Shown here: positions 1-8,564 of the stretch, piece by piece | How positions within the stretch are numbered: position 1 is the stretch's first letter | How the letters are laid out: each line of letters starts with the position of its first letter | Source: Fimbriimonadales bacterium | GTDB lineage: Bacteria; Armatimonadota; Fimbriimonadia; Fimbriimonadales; ATM1 | Length of the DNA stretch: 64,000 bases | Reading direction: 5' to 3' | Assembly: GCA_041744215.1 (NCBI GenBank) | Contig: JBGTLG010000022.1 | Location: forward strand, 1-64,000 | The notes under the pieces: model-generated | Database searches by the model: none | What the model was told of the DNA's origin: nothing | Seen by the model: only the letters and a program-made list of their open reading frames with translations | Program-made: the position numbers and the translations under genes

Positions 1-1
1 G

Positions 2-620
2 ATGGACAGGCCCTGGGCACGATTTGTTTGCGGTGATGCCTTGACGGAACTGAGGAAGCTGCCAGCAGAATCGGTGGACTGCGTCGTCACATCGCCCCCT
101 TACTGGTTCGTCCGTGACTACGGCGTTGCCGGGCAGATAGGCTTGGAGACGACGGTCGAGACCTACATCGAGATGCTCGCTCGAGTGTTCGCTGAGGTCC
201 GGAGGGTGCTGAAGGCCACGGGGACCCTTTGGCTGGTCATCGGGGATTGCCACGTGACGGGCTCGAAACTCTTCAATCTGCGCACTTTCACCAAGCTCAG
301 ACACGGTAGGCAGTTTACGACTGAGGGCCAGTCGAAGCTCCGCAATCCACTTTCGAGCGGCCTAGCGCACAAGAACCTACGATGGAAGGATTCTTCGCTT
401 AGACATCATCTGGCACAAGCCCAACCCGAATCCCGAGCAGATAAAGGACGGTCCCCCGAAGGCGGGTGATCACTAGGCCTCGTTTCCCGAAGTTCTGGTC
501 GAACCGTGAATCAAAGCTGGCTGCACAAATGAGGGCAGACGAGTGCTTGATTTCTTTGTTGGCAGCGGCACGAAGATGATAGTGGCTACGAGAATACTTG
601 GACTTGCGTAGAATTGATGC
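2..620 (+). pseudogene. Decayed beta-class N4/N6 DNA methyltransferase
   Basis: Motif IV VVTSPPY in the frame-2 ORF. Family motifs continue in frame 3 (ILRLDIIWHKPNP, ASFPEVLVEP, VLDFFVGSGT) after a frameshift near 380, with stops at 474, 507 and 609. Confidence 0.8.
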
Positions 621-961
621 CGCCGCCAGCCGAATGTCACGAGCACTGGAATGAACGCCGACTGACGAATGGGCAATGAGGATGGAGGAGTGAGTGACAG
701 GGTTTGTGGAATGAGGGTTGAGTTATTGTTTGAGCCTTACTTTGCTCGGCGATTTCGACCAATCCTGACCGCCCCACAAACCGCGGTAATGTCCGCAATT
801 CTCCTTCCTAGGCTTGGAGCAGTTTGTCAGGGGAAGCAGTGCGATCGAGCTCAATGTACTCTTTCTGGTTCAGAAACTCGCAGGCTCCACGAGAGGAACT
901 GCGCCCCGATATTGCCCCTTTTGAACATCGGCCCACCGCTAGGCGAACGGCGTTGCCAGTT

Positions 962-3900
962 TCAGTTGGCGGCACCAGCCCAACCGCTCCTTAGCTGTGC
1001 AATTACGTGCGAGAACTCCTTGTCGGTCGCGTCGTATCCCTCAGAGATGATCGTTCGGCAGATATCTCGAAGTTCCTTCTCCGTCGCGCATTTGCGAAGA
1101 GCTTGAGCTAAAACCTCCTTACTTACCCTGAGACCAGCCTTTCGCATAAGGTCAATTGCACGGGTCGCTTCCTCAACGTTGCTAGACTTGCTCGCCAGAA
1201 GGTCGAAAGTCGCTGGAGACGGAACGAACTCGCGACCGGTCTCAGGCGCCAGAACAAGGCACGCTTGGTCAAAGGTTTCCGCTCTGGCGGCAAGTCCGCA
1301 ATACGAAGTTTCGGAAATCTCAATGTCTTTTGAACGTTCGACGCTCATGAGTTCAAGTGCTGCCTCAAAGCTCGGTGCTTTGCTAAACAATGGGGTAAAA
1401 ACTGATTCGTTCAGTTCAACGCTCGAACCAAGTGACTCGAGAAAGCCCAGACCTTCATCCCAAGTCTCCGCCAACGAAACGAGCGCGGAAACAACAACTG
1501 CGGGCAGATAAGCGTATGATTCCTTCCAAGGGAACTCTCCAAGCCCACGTAGCCATGCAAGACCCATTGAAAGAGATTCGGCCTTCGAAACAAGACATGA
1601 AATGGTATTCTCGTTTATTCTCACATTGGCTGCACACAGGTCCTTCACCATGCCAAAAGCAGCTTCGGCGGTGGGAGCCATCCTAATCACGTTTTGCAAT
1701 GTGCGCTGGTCGAGCTGACCTGGTGCCTGCTGCAACACTAGCTCGCAAGCAGCCTCAAAGGACTCTGCCTTAGTAACTAATGCCGCGATGACCATTGGGG
1801 AGCTACACAGGTCTGCAGCGACTGGCATCTTCTCCTTGAAGTTGGCTAGGAACTGCTTCGCTTCAGCGATCGAACCCGCTTTCGAAACAAGGGAAGATAG
1901 CACGGTTGCATTCCAGCCAAGGCCCTCTTCAAGCAATTGCGACGTTCTGGCTTCTGCATCCTTGAAAGATGGCGACTTAGCAACATAGTGCGTTACGATC
2001 TGAGTGCTCGGCACAAAACCAAAGCGTTTCATGAGTCTTAGTCCTTGTTCTATTTGGTCTGCTGTTGTCGCCCTTGACAATAGGTAGGTGAATGTCATTC
2101 CAACGGGTTCCAGACCCAACTTCTCAATCCATGAGAGAATATCCATCCCTTCTTGAAAGGTCCCCTTGGCAATCAATTCGTTGAAAGTTGCAACGTAAAC
2201 AGGCGACCCAGCAGTCATTTCGTCTTCGATGATTTGACGCGCAAGAGTGAAGCTCGGTGCCTTTTGAATGAGAATCCGGAGAGTCACGTTACTGGGTGCT
2301 AAGCCTGACACTTTCATCCGCTTTAGCACATCTAGAGCGTCGTAAATCGATTGCATCTTCGACATTAGCGAATTAAACGTGACGACGGTTGGCGAAAGAC
2401 GCCCTGCCTCTAGGCCCTCAAAAAACTCCATCGCTTGGTCCGAAGGAACTCTGGACAGGAGCGTGTTAAATGTGACGATATCCGGTTCCCAGCCCTCAGA
2501 TTCTAGGCGTTCTGTCAGTTCCAGTGCCTGGGAGAAGGTCTTGGTCTTAGCCAGCAGGCTGTTCAGCGTATAGCTTGTGGGTGTAACTTGCTTCGCGCGT
2601 AAGCGGGCCACGACGGCATTCGCCTGTTCAAGATCGGCTGCCTGGTCGATAAGAACGTTGTAGATTCGGGCGTCGAGCTGCTGGCATTCTCGTTCGATTC
2701 GATCAAGCAAGCTCATGCCAAAGTGGAAGTCACTGGCAGCGCGAAGAAGGTTATGATAGGCAAAAGTAGGAGCCTCGATTCCGGCAGGCGGTTCACGAAG
2801 GCCAAGGTTCTCAGCGAGGTGAGGATGGTCCGTGAAGCATCGCAGATGAAACCCCAGTGCTGAATCCGGTGCTAGCAGCCAGGCGGCGTGGAGTAGGTCC
2901 CGCGTATCCGCCGCAATCTGGACTGGAAGTGGAGCACGGTTTGGGTCAAGTCGAAGCTGACCCGAGAGACGCTGCAAGACAAAATACTCTCCAAGGAAGT
3001 CCGGCTGTATGGCGGTGATCCGGGGGCTGTTCGGGTCCCACTCTTCGCCTAGGGCGGCTAGTGCCTCCATAGTTTGATCGTTCCAAGTCGGAGGTAACTT
3101 GCCATTGACCACCAGGAGTTTGAGCGCATCCGATTCCAAGTCTTGAAAACGGACGCTGCCAGTGATCGTCGCGAAGGCCAAGAGATTGATGTCCTCGTGG
3201 CGCGCGCCGACGGACTGCCAGCGACTTGCTTCTTTGCGCAGAACGGTGCTCGTAAGGTCGATATGAGACCACCTCGGTACCTGTAGCGCATCCGGATTTG
3301 TCCTGTGCGCATCCGCGAACATAGCGGCAAAAAGCGGCCTCCCTTGCCGGTCGATGCTCTGCAGGAAAACCCGAGCGAGCCTGTTCCTTACCTCGTCGAC
3401 AATACTCGGCAATTTCAGTTGAAGGATCTGCCCCACTGACTCGAAATCAAGTGTTCGTAGCTTCAGTGGCTGAGGGTCGTAGAGCGAATTCAAGACGATC
3501 TGATCGGTGTTTGATTCGCCGGCCGTCAATAGCTGCCACCAAAGGTCTGAGGACTTTCTCTCTAGCAGCAACACTCGTAGCTGATGCTGAGAGTTTGCAC
3601 GGTTGTTTGCCCTCGCAAGCATCGCCAACATTTCCTGAATGGAAGCGAACCTCTCGACAACGTAGTCGACAATCATCAGCGTATCGCCACTTGGGTTCCA
3701 GTACAGCCAGTCGTCAAATCGGTCATCGATCGCCCAGAACCCACCTTTCCAACCACGCTCCAAAGACGACAACATCAGTTCAAGCGCGAGCCTGCTCTTG
3801 CCACTGCCTGCCTCACCCGTGATTGCCCACCATGTGAACCCCGCGTCAGAATCGATGAAACGTTGAAGGTGATCAAATGCTTCAGAGCGACCAATCAGCG

Positions 3901-4516
3901 GAACGGCGCGCTCGCCGTAGTAAAACCTTCGCGCTTCCTTGCGAACTGCATCCGTCGTCACTCTTGGCAGTTCGAGCAATGGGCCCCGCTCGTGCCGATG
4001 TTGGCCGCCCCGGGCTTTCGAAAAGCGTCGATCAATCTCCAGCCCAATGTCACGAGCCCGGTTTGCGATCTCAGAAAGCCGGCCCTCAAACCACTCTGGC
4101 TTGGATTGACAAAGTTGAGGATCGATTCCTCCGGATGAAATTTCGAGCGCCCACTCCAGTTGGCTTTGAGCAGCAGTCGTACGATTTGACCAGATTTGCT
4201 CGAAATCCACAAGATCGCACGTCCAGCTTCCTCGAAGGTAGACGCCGCTCCCGGCTCTAAAGCGGATTTCAACGCCTGTCTTGTCCCGAAAGCCGTACCG
4301 GCCCCTTTTGGATTCGGGCAAGTTAGCTCGGTCAACTATATCCCGTATCTGATGCTCGTCGGGCACACTCGGAATGTTCTTTCTTTCCAGATACTTCTTT
4401 CCTGACAGCAACAGTAGTTTCAAATAGGTCAAATACCTGCGGTCGGGAAGCTCAAGCTGACGACCTTCCTTGCTTGCCCGAAACGTACCAAACAGGTGGA
4501 ATCTGACTGGATCCAT
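962..4516 (-). CDS. SARP-like wHTH/BTAD + STAND P-loop NTPase + PPR-like repeat protein (1184 aa)
   Basis: N-terminus VRFHLFGTFRA...TCDLVDFEQ; Walker A GEAGSGKS; Walker B LMIVDY; GRPLF motif; C-terminal repeats such as WEPDIVTFNTLLS and LSPTVVTFNSLMS. Confidence 0.8.
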   Translation of the reverse strand: MDPVRFHLFGTFRASKEGRQLELPDRRYLTYLKLLLLSGKKYLERKNIPSVPDEHQIRDIVDRANLPESKRGRYGFRDKTGVEIRFRAGSGVYLRGSWTCDLVDFEQIWSNRTTAAQSQLEWALEISSGGIDPQLCQSKPEWFEGRLSEIANRARDIGLEIDRRFSKARGGQHRHERGPLLELPRVTTDAVRKEARRFYYGERAVPLIGRSEAFDHLQRFIDSDAGFTWWAITGEAGSGKSRLALELMLSSLERGWKGGFWAIDDRFDDWLYWNPSGDTLMIVDYVVERFASIQEMLAMLARANNRANSQHQLRVLLLERKSSDLWWQLLTAGESNTDQIVLNSLYDPQPLKLRTLDFESVGQILQLKLPSIVDEVRNRLARVFLQSIDRQGRPLFAAMFADAHRTNPDALQVPRWSHIDLTSTVLRKEASRWQSVGARHEDINLLAFATITGSVRFQDLESDALKLLVVNGKLPPTWNDQTMEALAALGEEWDPNSPRITAIQPDFLGEYFVLQRLSGQLRLDPNRAPLPVQIAADTRDLLHAAWLLAPDSALGFHLRCFTDHPHLAENLGLREPPAGIEAPTFAYHNLLRAASDFHFGMSLLDRIERECQQLDARIYNVLIDQAADLEQANAVVARLRAKQVTPTSYTLNSLLAKTKTFSQALELTERLESEGWEPDIVTFNTLLSRVPSDQAMEFFEGLEAGRLSPTVVTFNSLMSKMQSIYDALDVLKRMKVSGLAPSNVTLRILIQKAPSFTLARQIIEDEMTAGSPVYVATFNELIAKGTFQEGMDILSWIEKLGLEPVGMTFTYLLSRATTADQIEQGLRLMKRFGFVPSTQIVTHYVAKSPSFKDAEARTSQLLEEGLGWNATVLSSLVSKAGSIAEAKQFLANFKEKMPVAADLCSSPMVIAALVTKAESFEAACELVLQQAPGQLDQRTLQNVIRMAPTAEAAFGMVKDLCAANVRINENTISCLVSKAESLSMGLAWLRGLGEFPWKESYAYLPAVVVSALVSLAETWDEGLGFLESLGSSVELNESVFTPLFSKAPSFEAALELMSVERSKDIEISETSYCGLAARAETFDQACLVLAPETGREFVPSPATFDLLASKSSNVEEATRAIDLMRKAGLRVSKEVLAQALRKCATEKELRDICRTIISEGYDATDKEFSHVIAQLRSGWAGAAN
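965..2770 (-). repeat. Array of about 18 degenerate 30-37 aa (mostly 32 aa) PPR-like protein repeats
   Basis: Manual alignment to consensus xxTFNxLLxKAxSFxxAxxLLxxMxxxGLxP. Confidence 0.75.
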
Positions 4517-4895
4517 CAGCGACAGTGAAGCCCCAGTAGCATTGTACAGAATCGGCGAGAGGTTCAGTACCGGTGGCTGTGTCAGTGGTTCGGGAGATTC
4601 GCGATTAGTTCGTTACCAATTCGTGAAGGAGCAACAGTATACACATGTTAGCAGCGCTCGTGACAGGGCAGTAGGTTGATAGTAAGGCCTGCTTTGCCCG
4701 GAACGAGATATGGAGCCGCAATGTGACGCGGCTCCCGAAGATGGCCGACCCTCGGCTACAGGGCTCATTGACCAGCCCCGTGACCGCTAGGAGGTCGGTC
4801 AGAGGGCCAGCCTTGCACAACATAGCAAGAATCCGCGCCAACCGCAACTGGTTCGTACCTTCTCTCACGAGCGCGCGAACAACTAGGAGGAATAA

Positions 4896-5003
4896 ATGAA
4901 GTCTGTCAGGATGCGCCAGATGCTGGCGCTTGTACTTGCCGCGATCGGGGCGTTGGGCACTGTATTGCCTGCGTGCTGTGACGACCGGCAGCGTAGCTTG
5001 TGA
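4896..5003 (+). CDS. Small hydrophobic peptide (35 aa), possible lipoprotein or membrane anchor
   Basis: AGGAGG 5 nt before ATG; MKSVRMRQMLALVLAAIGALGTVLPACCDDRQRSL; TGATG overlap with the next gene. Confidence 0.55.
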   Translation: MKSVRMRQMLALVLAAIGALGTVLPACCDDRQRSL

Positions 5004-6376
5004 TGTCGCGCCCAGCCATCCCGGAACATTGGATTGGAGTCGTCAAGGACTGGTCGGACTTGTGCCAGTCGTTTGATGAGGCGCTCGTCACATTGCCGCC
5101 TGTCATGCTTAGCACCCACGCGCTCGTCATCGGCGCGACTGGCAGTGGCAAGACCAACTTCCTGCATCACCTTATCGCGGGCGACTTGATGCGCGGTCAT
5201 TCGATCATCGTGCTCGACGCGCGAGGCGACCTTGCCCTTGCTACCGTTGAACTGGCATCTAGGACTGGCGTTGATCCCATACGTGTGAAGTTCCTAGACC
5301 TCCGCGAGAAGGACCAGCCGCTGGGCTTCAACCCACTCGCGGGCAAAGGGGAGTCTTACTATCGAGCGCTCGGCCTTATCGACGCTGTCGCGGCTGAGTC
5401 CGAGTCGTGGGGTGTCCAGCTCGCCGAGACGTTCCGGAACGCCGCGCTCCTGCTCGCCGAAACTAGTAGCCCCATCACTAAACTCGACGGGCTCTTTTAC
5501 AAAGGTGCTGTTCGTCGAGAGTTGATCGCACGGGCGTCTTCTGAGTCCCTTCGCGCCTTCTGGAGCCGGTACGACTCGCTTTCAGCGGACAAGCAGGCCG
5601 TCCTCGCATCACCAGTGCTCAACAAGGTGAGTGCGCTGCTGGCAACGGAGGGACTTCGACGGATGTACGGCCACCCGGCACCAGTCGATCTTGCCGAGCA
5701 ACTGAACTCGCGCGGCAGCGTGACCCTTGTCTCCCTCGCCGTAGACGAGATGCACTCGGCGGGATGGATGACGGGATCGATCATGGTCAGCTCGATCTGC
5801 CGAGAAGTCTTCTCACAAGCAACTGTCCCGGAAAGTCAGCGGAACCCGATCCGGCTCTATGTCGACGAGTTTGAGAACTTCGCCATGCGAGACTTCGAGA
5901 CGATTCTCGCCGAGGGTCGCAGGTTCAGATTCTCCGTCGTCTTGGCGCATCAAACCTTGGCCCAATTGACCTCGAAATTGCGTTCGGTCATCCTGGGAAA
6001 CGTTGGCGTAAAGGTCGTCTTCCGGACCGGTTACCAGGACGCAGAGGTCTTGAATCGCGACCTGGCCGGAGCTAAAGGCGCGTTCGACCTTGCGTCTCTG
6101 CCCGTAGGCGAGGCCGTGCTGTGGCGGCGCGGCGCATACCCGTTCCAGATCGAAGTCAATGCGCCCCTCATCGAAGATGTGGGAAGCATCAGTCCATCCG
6201 CTCGCGAGTTCCTTGAGCAACTCTCGGGACTGACTCCAGCCTACTACGAAATCGTCGAGGATCCCGCAAGAGTCGAGCGGGAGAGCGAAGTCGAAACGGC
6301 CGAACCGCCTCCTCCGCTGAGACAATCCAGAGGACGCAAGTCGCCGGGCGGGAAGTTGGAGGACTGGCTCGGATGA
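5003..6376 (+). CDS. VirD4/TraD/HerA-like type IV coupling ATPase
   Basis: HALVIGATGSGKT, LYVDEF, EGRRFRFSVVLAHQTLAQL and ILGNVG motifs. Confidence 0.8.
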   Translation: MSRPAIPEHWIGVVKDWSDLCQSFDEALVTLPPVMLSTHALVIGATGSGKTNFLHHLIAGDLMRGHSIIVLDARGDLALATVELASRTGVDPIRVKFLDLREKDQPLGFNPLAGKGESYYRALGLIDAVAAESESWGVQLAETFRNAALLLAETSSPITKLDGLFYKGAVRRELIARASSESLRAFWSRYDSLSADKQAVLASPVLNKVSALLATEGLRRMYGHPAPVDLAEQLNSRGSVTLVSLAVDEMHSAGWMTGSIMVSSICREVFSQATVPESQRNPIRLYVDEFENFAMRDFETILAEGRRFRFSVVLAHQTLAQLTSKLRSVILGNVGVKVVFRTGYQDAEVLNRDLAGAKGAFDLASLPVGEAVLWRRGAYPFQIEVNAPLIEDVGSISPSAREFLEQLSGLTPAYYEIVEDPARVERESEVETAEPPPPLRQSRGRKSPGGKLEDWLG

Positions 6377-7029
6377 TCACACTGCTGGACTATCGCACTA
6401 AGTCCGACGCCGTCCTGGCCCCAATCCGCGAGTACCGGCCTAGCACTGCTCTCTCACGGCGCCTCGCGATGGAAGGAATCCAGTCTTTCTCCCTTTTCCA
6501 ACTTCCTCCGGGATTGGCGGGCGCGGAACGATTCAGGTCCGTGGTGGAAGTGGCCCGCGCCTCCCACGGCGCGTTGGGTGCGTGCCTTCACGTTTACACA
6601 GCGGCGGAGTATGCGCACATGCGACTCTTCACCGACCCTGACGGTATGGCGGGTTTTGCTCTCAATGGTCAAGACGTCGTGTCCGTGTTCTGCCACAAAG
6701 CCCGCCGCAAGCGGCATGCCACACGAACAATGATGCAGTTGGCTGCTACCTTGGGCGGCATCTTCTTGAACGCATTCGACACGTTCCTTCCTCGCCTCTA
6801 TGGACGATGCGGGTTCAAGTCAGTCGCTCGATTAGCTTGGGACGACCGTGAGGCTCCGATCGGCTGGGATTACGGAGCGGCCCAGCAGTTCAATAACGGC
6901 AGGCCAGATGTGGTCTTCATGACACAAACGAACCGCAAACAGACAGTTCGCTATGTCACTTCGTTTGAAGCCGGAGAGCTCCTACAGAAGCTGGCTTTCG
7001 GCACCGGCTTCGTCGAGGTGAACCTATGA
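6373..7029 (+). CDS. Hypothetical protein, GNAT-like fold suspected
   Basis: VVSVF...LNAFDTFLPRLYGRCGFKSVAR resembles a GNAT C-terminal motif; overlaps both neighbours by 4 nt. Confidence 0.5.
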   Translation: MITLLDYRTKSDAVLAPIREYRPSTALSRRLAMEGIQSFSLFQLPPGLAGAERFRSVVEVARASHGALGACLHVYTAAEYAHMRLFTDPDGMAGFALNGQDVVSVFCHKARRKRHATRTMMQLAATLGGIFLNAFDTFLPRLYGRCGFKSVARLAWDDREAPIGWDYGAAQQFNNGRPDVVFMTQTNRKQTVRYVTSFEAGELLQKLAFGTGFVEVNL

Positions 7030-7703
7030 GGATTACGAAGCGCGATATTACTGTCCTGCGCGACCTGGCGCTGAGCCACATCCTTTCCCGGGACCAACTG
7101 TTGCAACTCGGCTACTTCCACTCGATCACTCGGGTGAATACTCGCATGCGCGAGCTGACTAAGCTGGGCCTCGTTCGCCGCCTAGACAGCCCATTCTTCG
7201 GTCAGAGCCTATACATCGCATCCAAACGGGCTGCTGAGGTGGTCGGAGAGAAGATCTCGACACTGATCGAGGGGCGGACCTCTTCGCCCCGATTCGTTCA
7301 GCATGCGATGTCCGTCACAAACGTCCGGATCGCCCTCCAGCGGAAGTCGAGCGGAGTCTGGCGGTTCGAGCAGCAGCTTTGGCGAAAGATCCGGAGTCCT
7401 AAGCGGCTCGAGGTCCGCCCTGACGGACTTTTGATGGCAAGCCTCCCCATTTTCATCGAAGTTGATATGGGGCACGCCTCGGCGCCCCGCTTCAAGGAGA
7501 AGCTCAGCTCATATCAAGCGTTGGCCAAGTCCGGCCAGTGCCAGTTGATGTACGGCTTCAACAAGTTTCGTGTTTTGGCCGTCACAACCGGGTCCCTCCG
7601 CTCTCGTCACCTACGTCGCTTGCAGCCTTCTGACGCTGGGTTTGAATTCCTAATTCAGACCTTCGATGAGGTTGGCGCGACCCCAATCGCACCATGGAGT
7701 TAA
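7026..7703 (+). CDS. Replication-relaxation (PF13814-like) family relaxase
   Basis: N-terminal wHTH (ITKRD...LSRDQL), QHAMSVT, VRPDG, IFIEVDMG and KLSSY motifs. Confidence 0.8.
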   Translation: MRITKRDITVLRDLALSHILSRDQLLQLGYFHSITRVNTRMRELTKLGLVRRLDSPFFGQSLYIASKRAAEVVGEKISTLIEGRTSSPRFVQHAMSVTNVRIALQRKSSGVWRFEQQLWRKIRSPKRLEVRPDGLLMASLPIFIEVDMGHASAPRFKEKLSSYQALAKSGQCQLMYGFNKFRVLAVTTGSLRSRHLRRLQPSDAGFEFLIQTFDEVGATPIAPWS

Positions 7704-7709
7704 CTCACT

Positions 7710-8078
7710 ATGCTCGCCCAAAGAACTGACCAACAACCCATCATTTCCGTCCCTAACTCCCTCCGGCAACAGCTTGAGAGGGCTCAGAACCTCCTTAGCC
7801 AGAGCGAAGAAGCTGAATCGTATGGTGATCGATCTCTGGCGGTCGTGAAGGCCAAAGAAGCCATGCAGGTTATCCAGAGAGTTGCTCAGCAGTCTCCTGA
7901 GATAGCGGCGCTGATCATCCTTGGAGACATGGGCTACCGGGGCTTTGAGGTCGAGACGGTCGAGCGTGTGGACCGCCATCAGATCGTTCAACACACGTTT
8001 CTTGGGGTCACCATGGGCCAAGAAGTCGTCAACGTCCCGACCATCACCCGACGTACGATCCGCGCAAGGTTGTTATGA
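7710..8078 (+). CDS. Hypothetical protein
   Basis: ORF within the operon, coupled to the downstream gene. Confidence 0.6.
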   Translation: MLAQRTDQQPIISVPNSLRQQLERAQNLLSQSEEAESYGDRSLAVVKAKEAMQVIQRVAQQSPEIAALIILGDMGYRGFEVETVERVDRHQIVQHTFLGVTMGQEVVNVPTITRRTIRARLL

Positions 8079-8284
8079 GCCATAAGCTTGCCTACACGGT
8101 CGCCGAGGCCGCTGAACTCCTGTCGATCTCGCGCTCTCTTCTCTACGAACTGATCCATGCGGGTCGAATCGAGTCCGTGAAGTTCGGACGTTCTCGCCGA
8201 ATAACGCAGGAGCAAATGCACCGGTTCCTTCAGGACCACGCTGTCGAATCGCTCCGAGCTCCACCCTATGATCGCCGGAAATAA
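8075..8284 (+). CDS. Excisionase-family HTH DNA-binding protein
   Basis: AYTVAEAAELLSISRSLLYELIHAGRIESVKFGRSRRI. Confidence 0.85.
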   Translation: MSHKLAYTVAEAAELLSISRSLLYELIHAGRIESVKFGRSRRITQEQMHRFLQDHAVESLRAPPYDRRK

Positions 8285-8300
8285 ACTGCAGATAAACTGC
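8281..8300. repeat. Tandem ATAAACTGC direct repeat, candidate integrase arm-type sites
   Basis: Copies at 8281-8289 and 8292-8300, about 60 bp inside the tRNA 3' end. Confidence 0.5.
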
Positions 8301-8302
8301 GC

Positions 8303-8346
8303 AAAGAAAAACGCCCTCCGCTCGAGAGGGCGTTCTCTTCGTTTTT
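8303..8346. terminator. Intrinsic terminator, probably bidirectional
   Basis: Stem AACGCCCTC/GAGGGCGTT (8310-8334) flanked by A-rich and T-rich runs. Confidence 0.7.
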
Positions 8347-8358
8347 GAACCTAATTGG

Positions 8359-8433
8359 TGGCTGCCGCACTTGGATTCGAACCAAGGACCCGCTGATTAA
8401 CAGTCAGCTGCTCTACCGCTGAGCTATGCGGCA
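8359..8433 (-). tRNA. tRNA-Asn(GTT)
   Basis: Cloverleaf, anticodon loop CTGTTAA, encoded CCA. Confidence 0.97.
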
Positions 8434-8502
8434 ACGGGGATACGAAAGAATACCCTACAGATAGTCGGAAACCGAGCCCCGGAAGCACAGGGAGGGTACA
8501 CT

Positions 8503-8560
8503 CCTTCCCCCAAGAATCCTCTCTGTCCCCGCCGGATGGGGACCAGAGGCCATAGGGAGG
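8503..8560 (+). promoter_or_regulatory. Putative S6:S18 ribosomal protein leader RNA
   Basis: CCTTCCC can pair with the SD GGGAGG; inner hairpin CTCTGTCCCC...GGGGACCAGAG; CCA in the 3' internal loop; TACACT -10 box just upstream. Confidence 0.55.
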
Positions 8561-8564
8561 AAAA

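Larger units (their letters stand above)
1..8358. mobile_element. Right part of an integrative mobilizable element/genomic island integrated at tRNA-Asn; left end outside window
   Basis: Coupling-type ATPase, Replic_Relax relaxase and excisionase lie next to the tRNA 3' end, with accessory cargo; housekeeping genes resume beyond the tRNA. Confidence 0.75.

Noticed and set aside
669-1106. 145-aa plus-strand ORF
   Set aside because: No recognisable motifs; overlaps the 3' end of the STAND-PPR gene on the opposite strand.
965-2770. Reading the repeats as ordinary TPRs
   Set aside because: They lack the TPR W..LG..Y...G...A pattern and show the PPR-type P(D/T/S)xxT(F/Y)NxL signature; disfavoured, pending an HMM test.
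1-8358. Prophage interpretation of the island
   Set aside because: No structural, terminase or integrase genes in the window; relaxase plus coupling protein fits an IME better.
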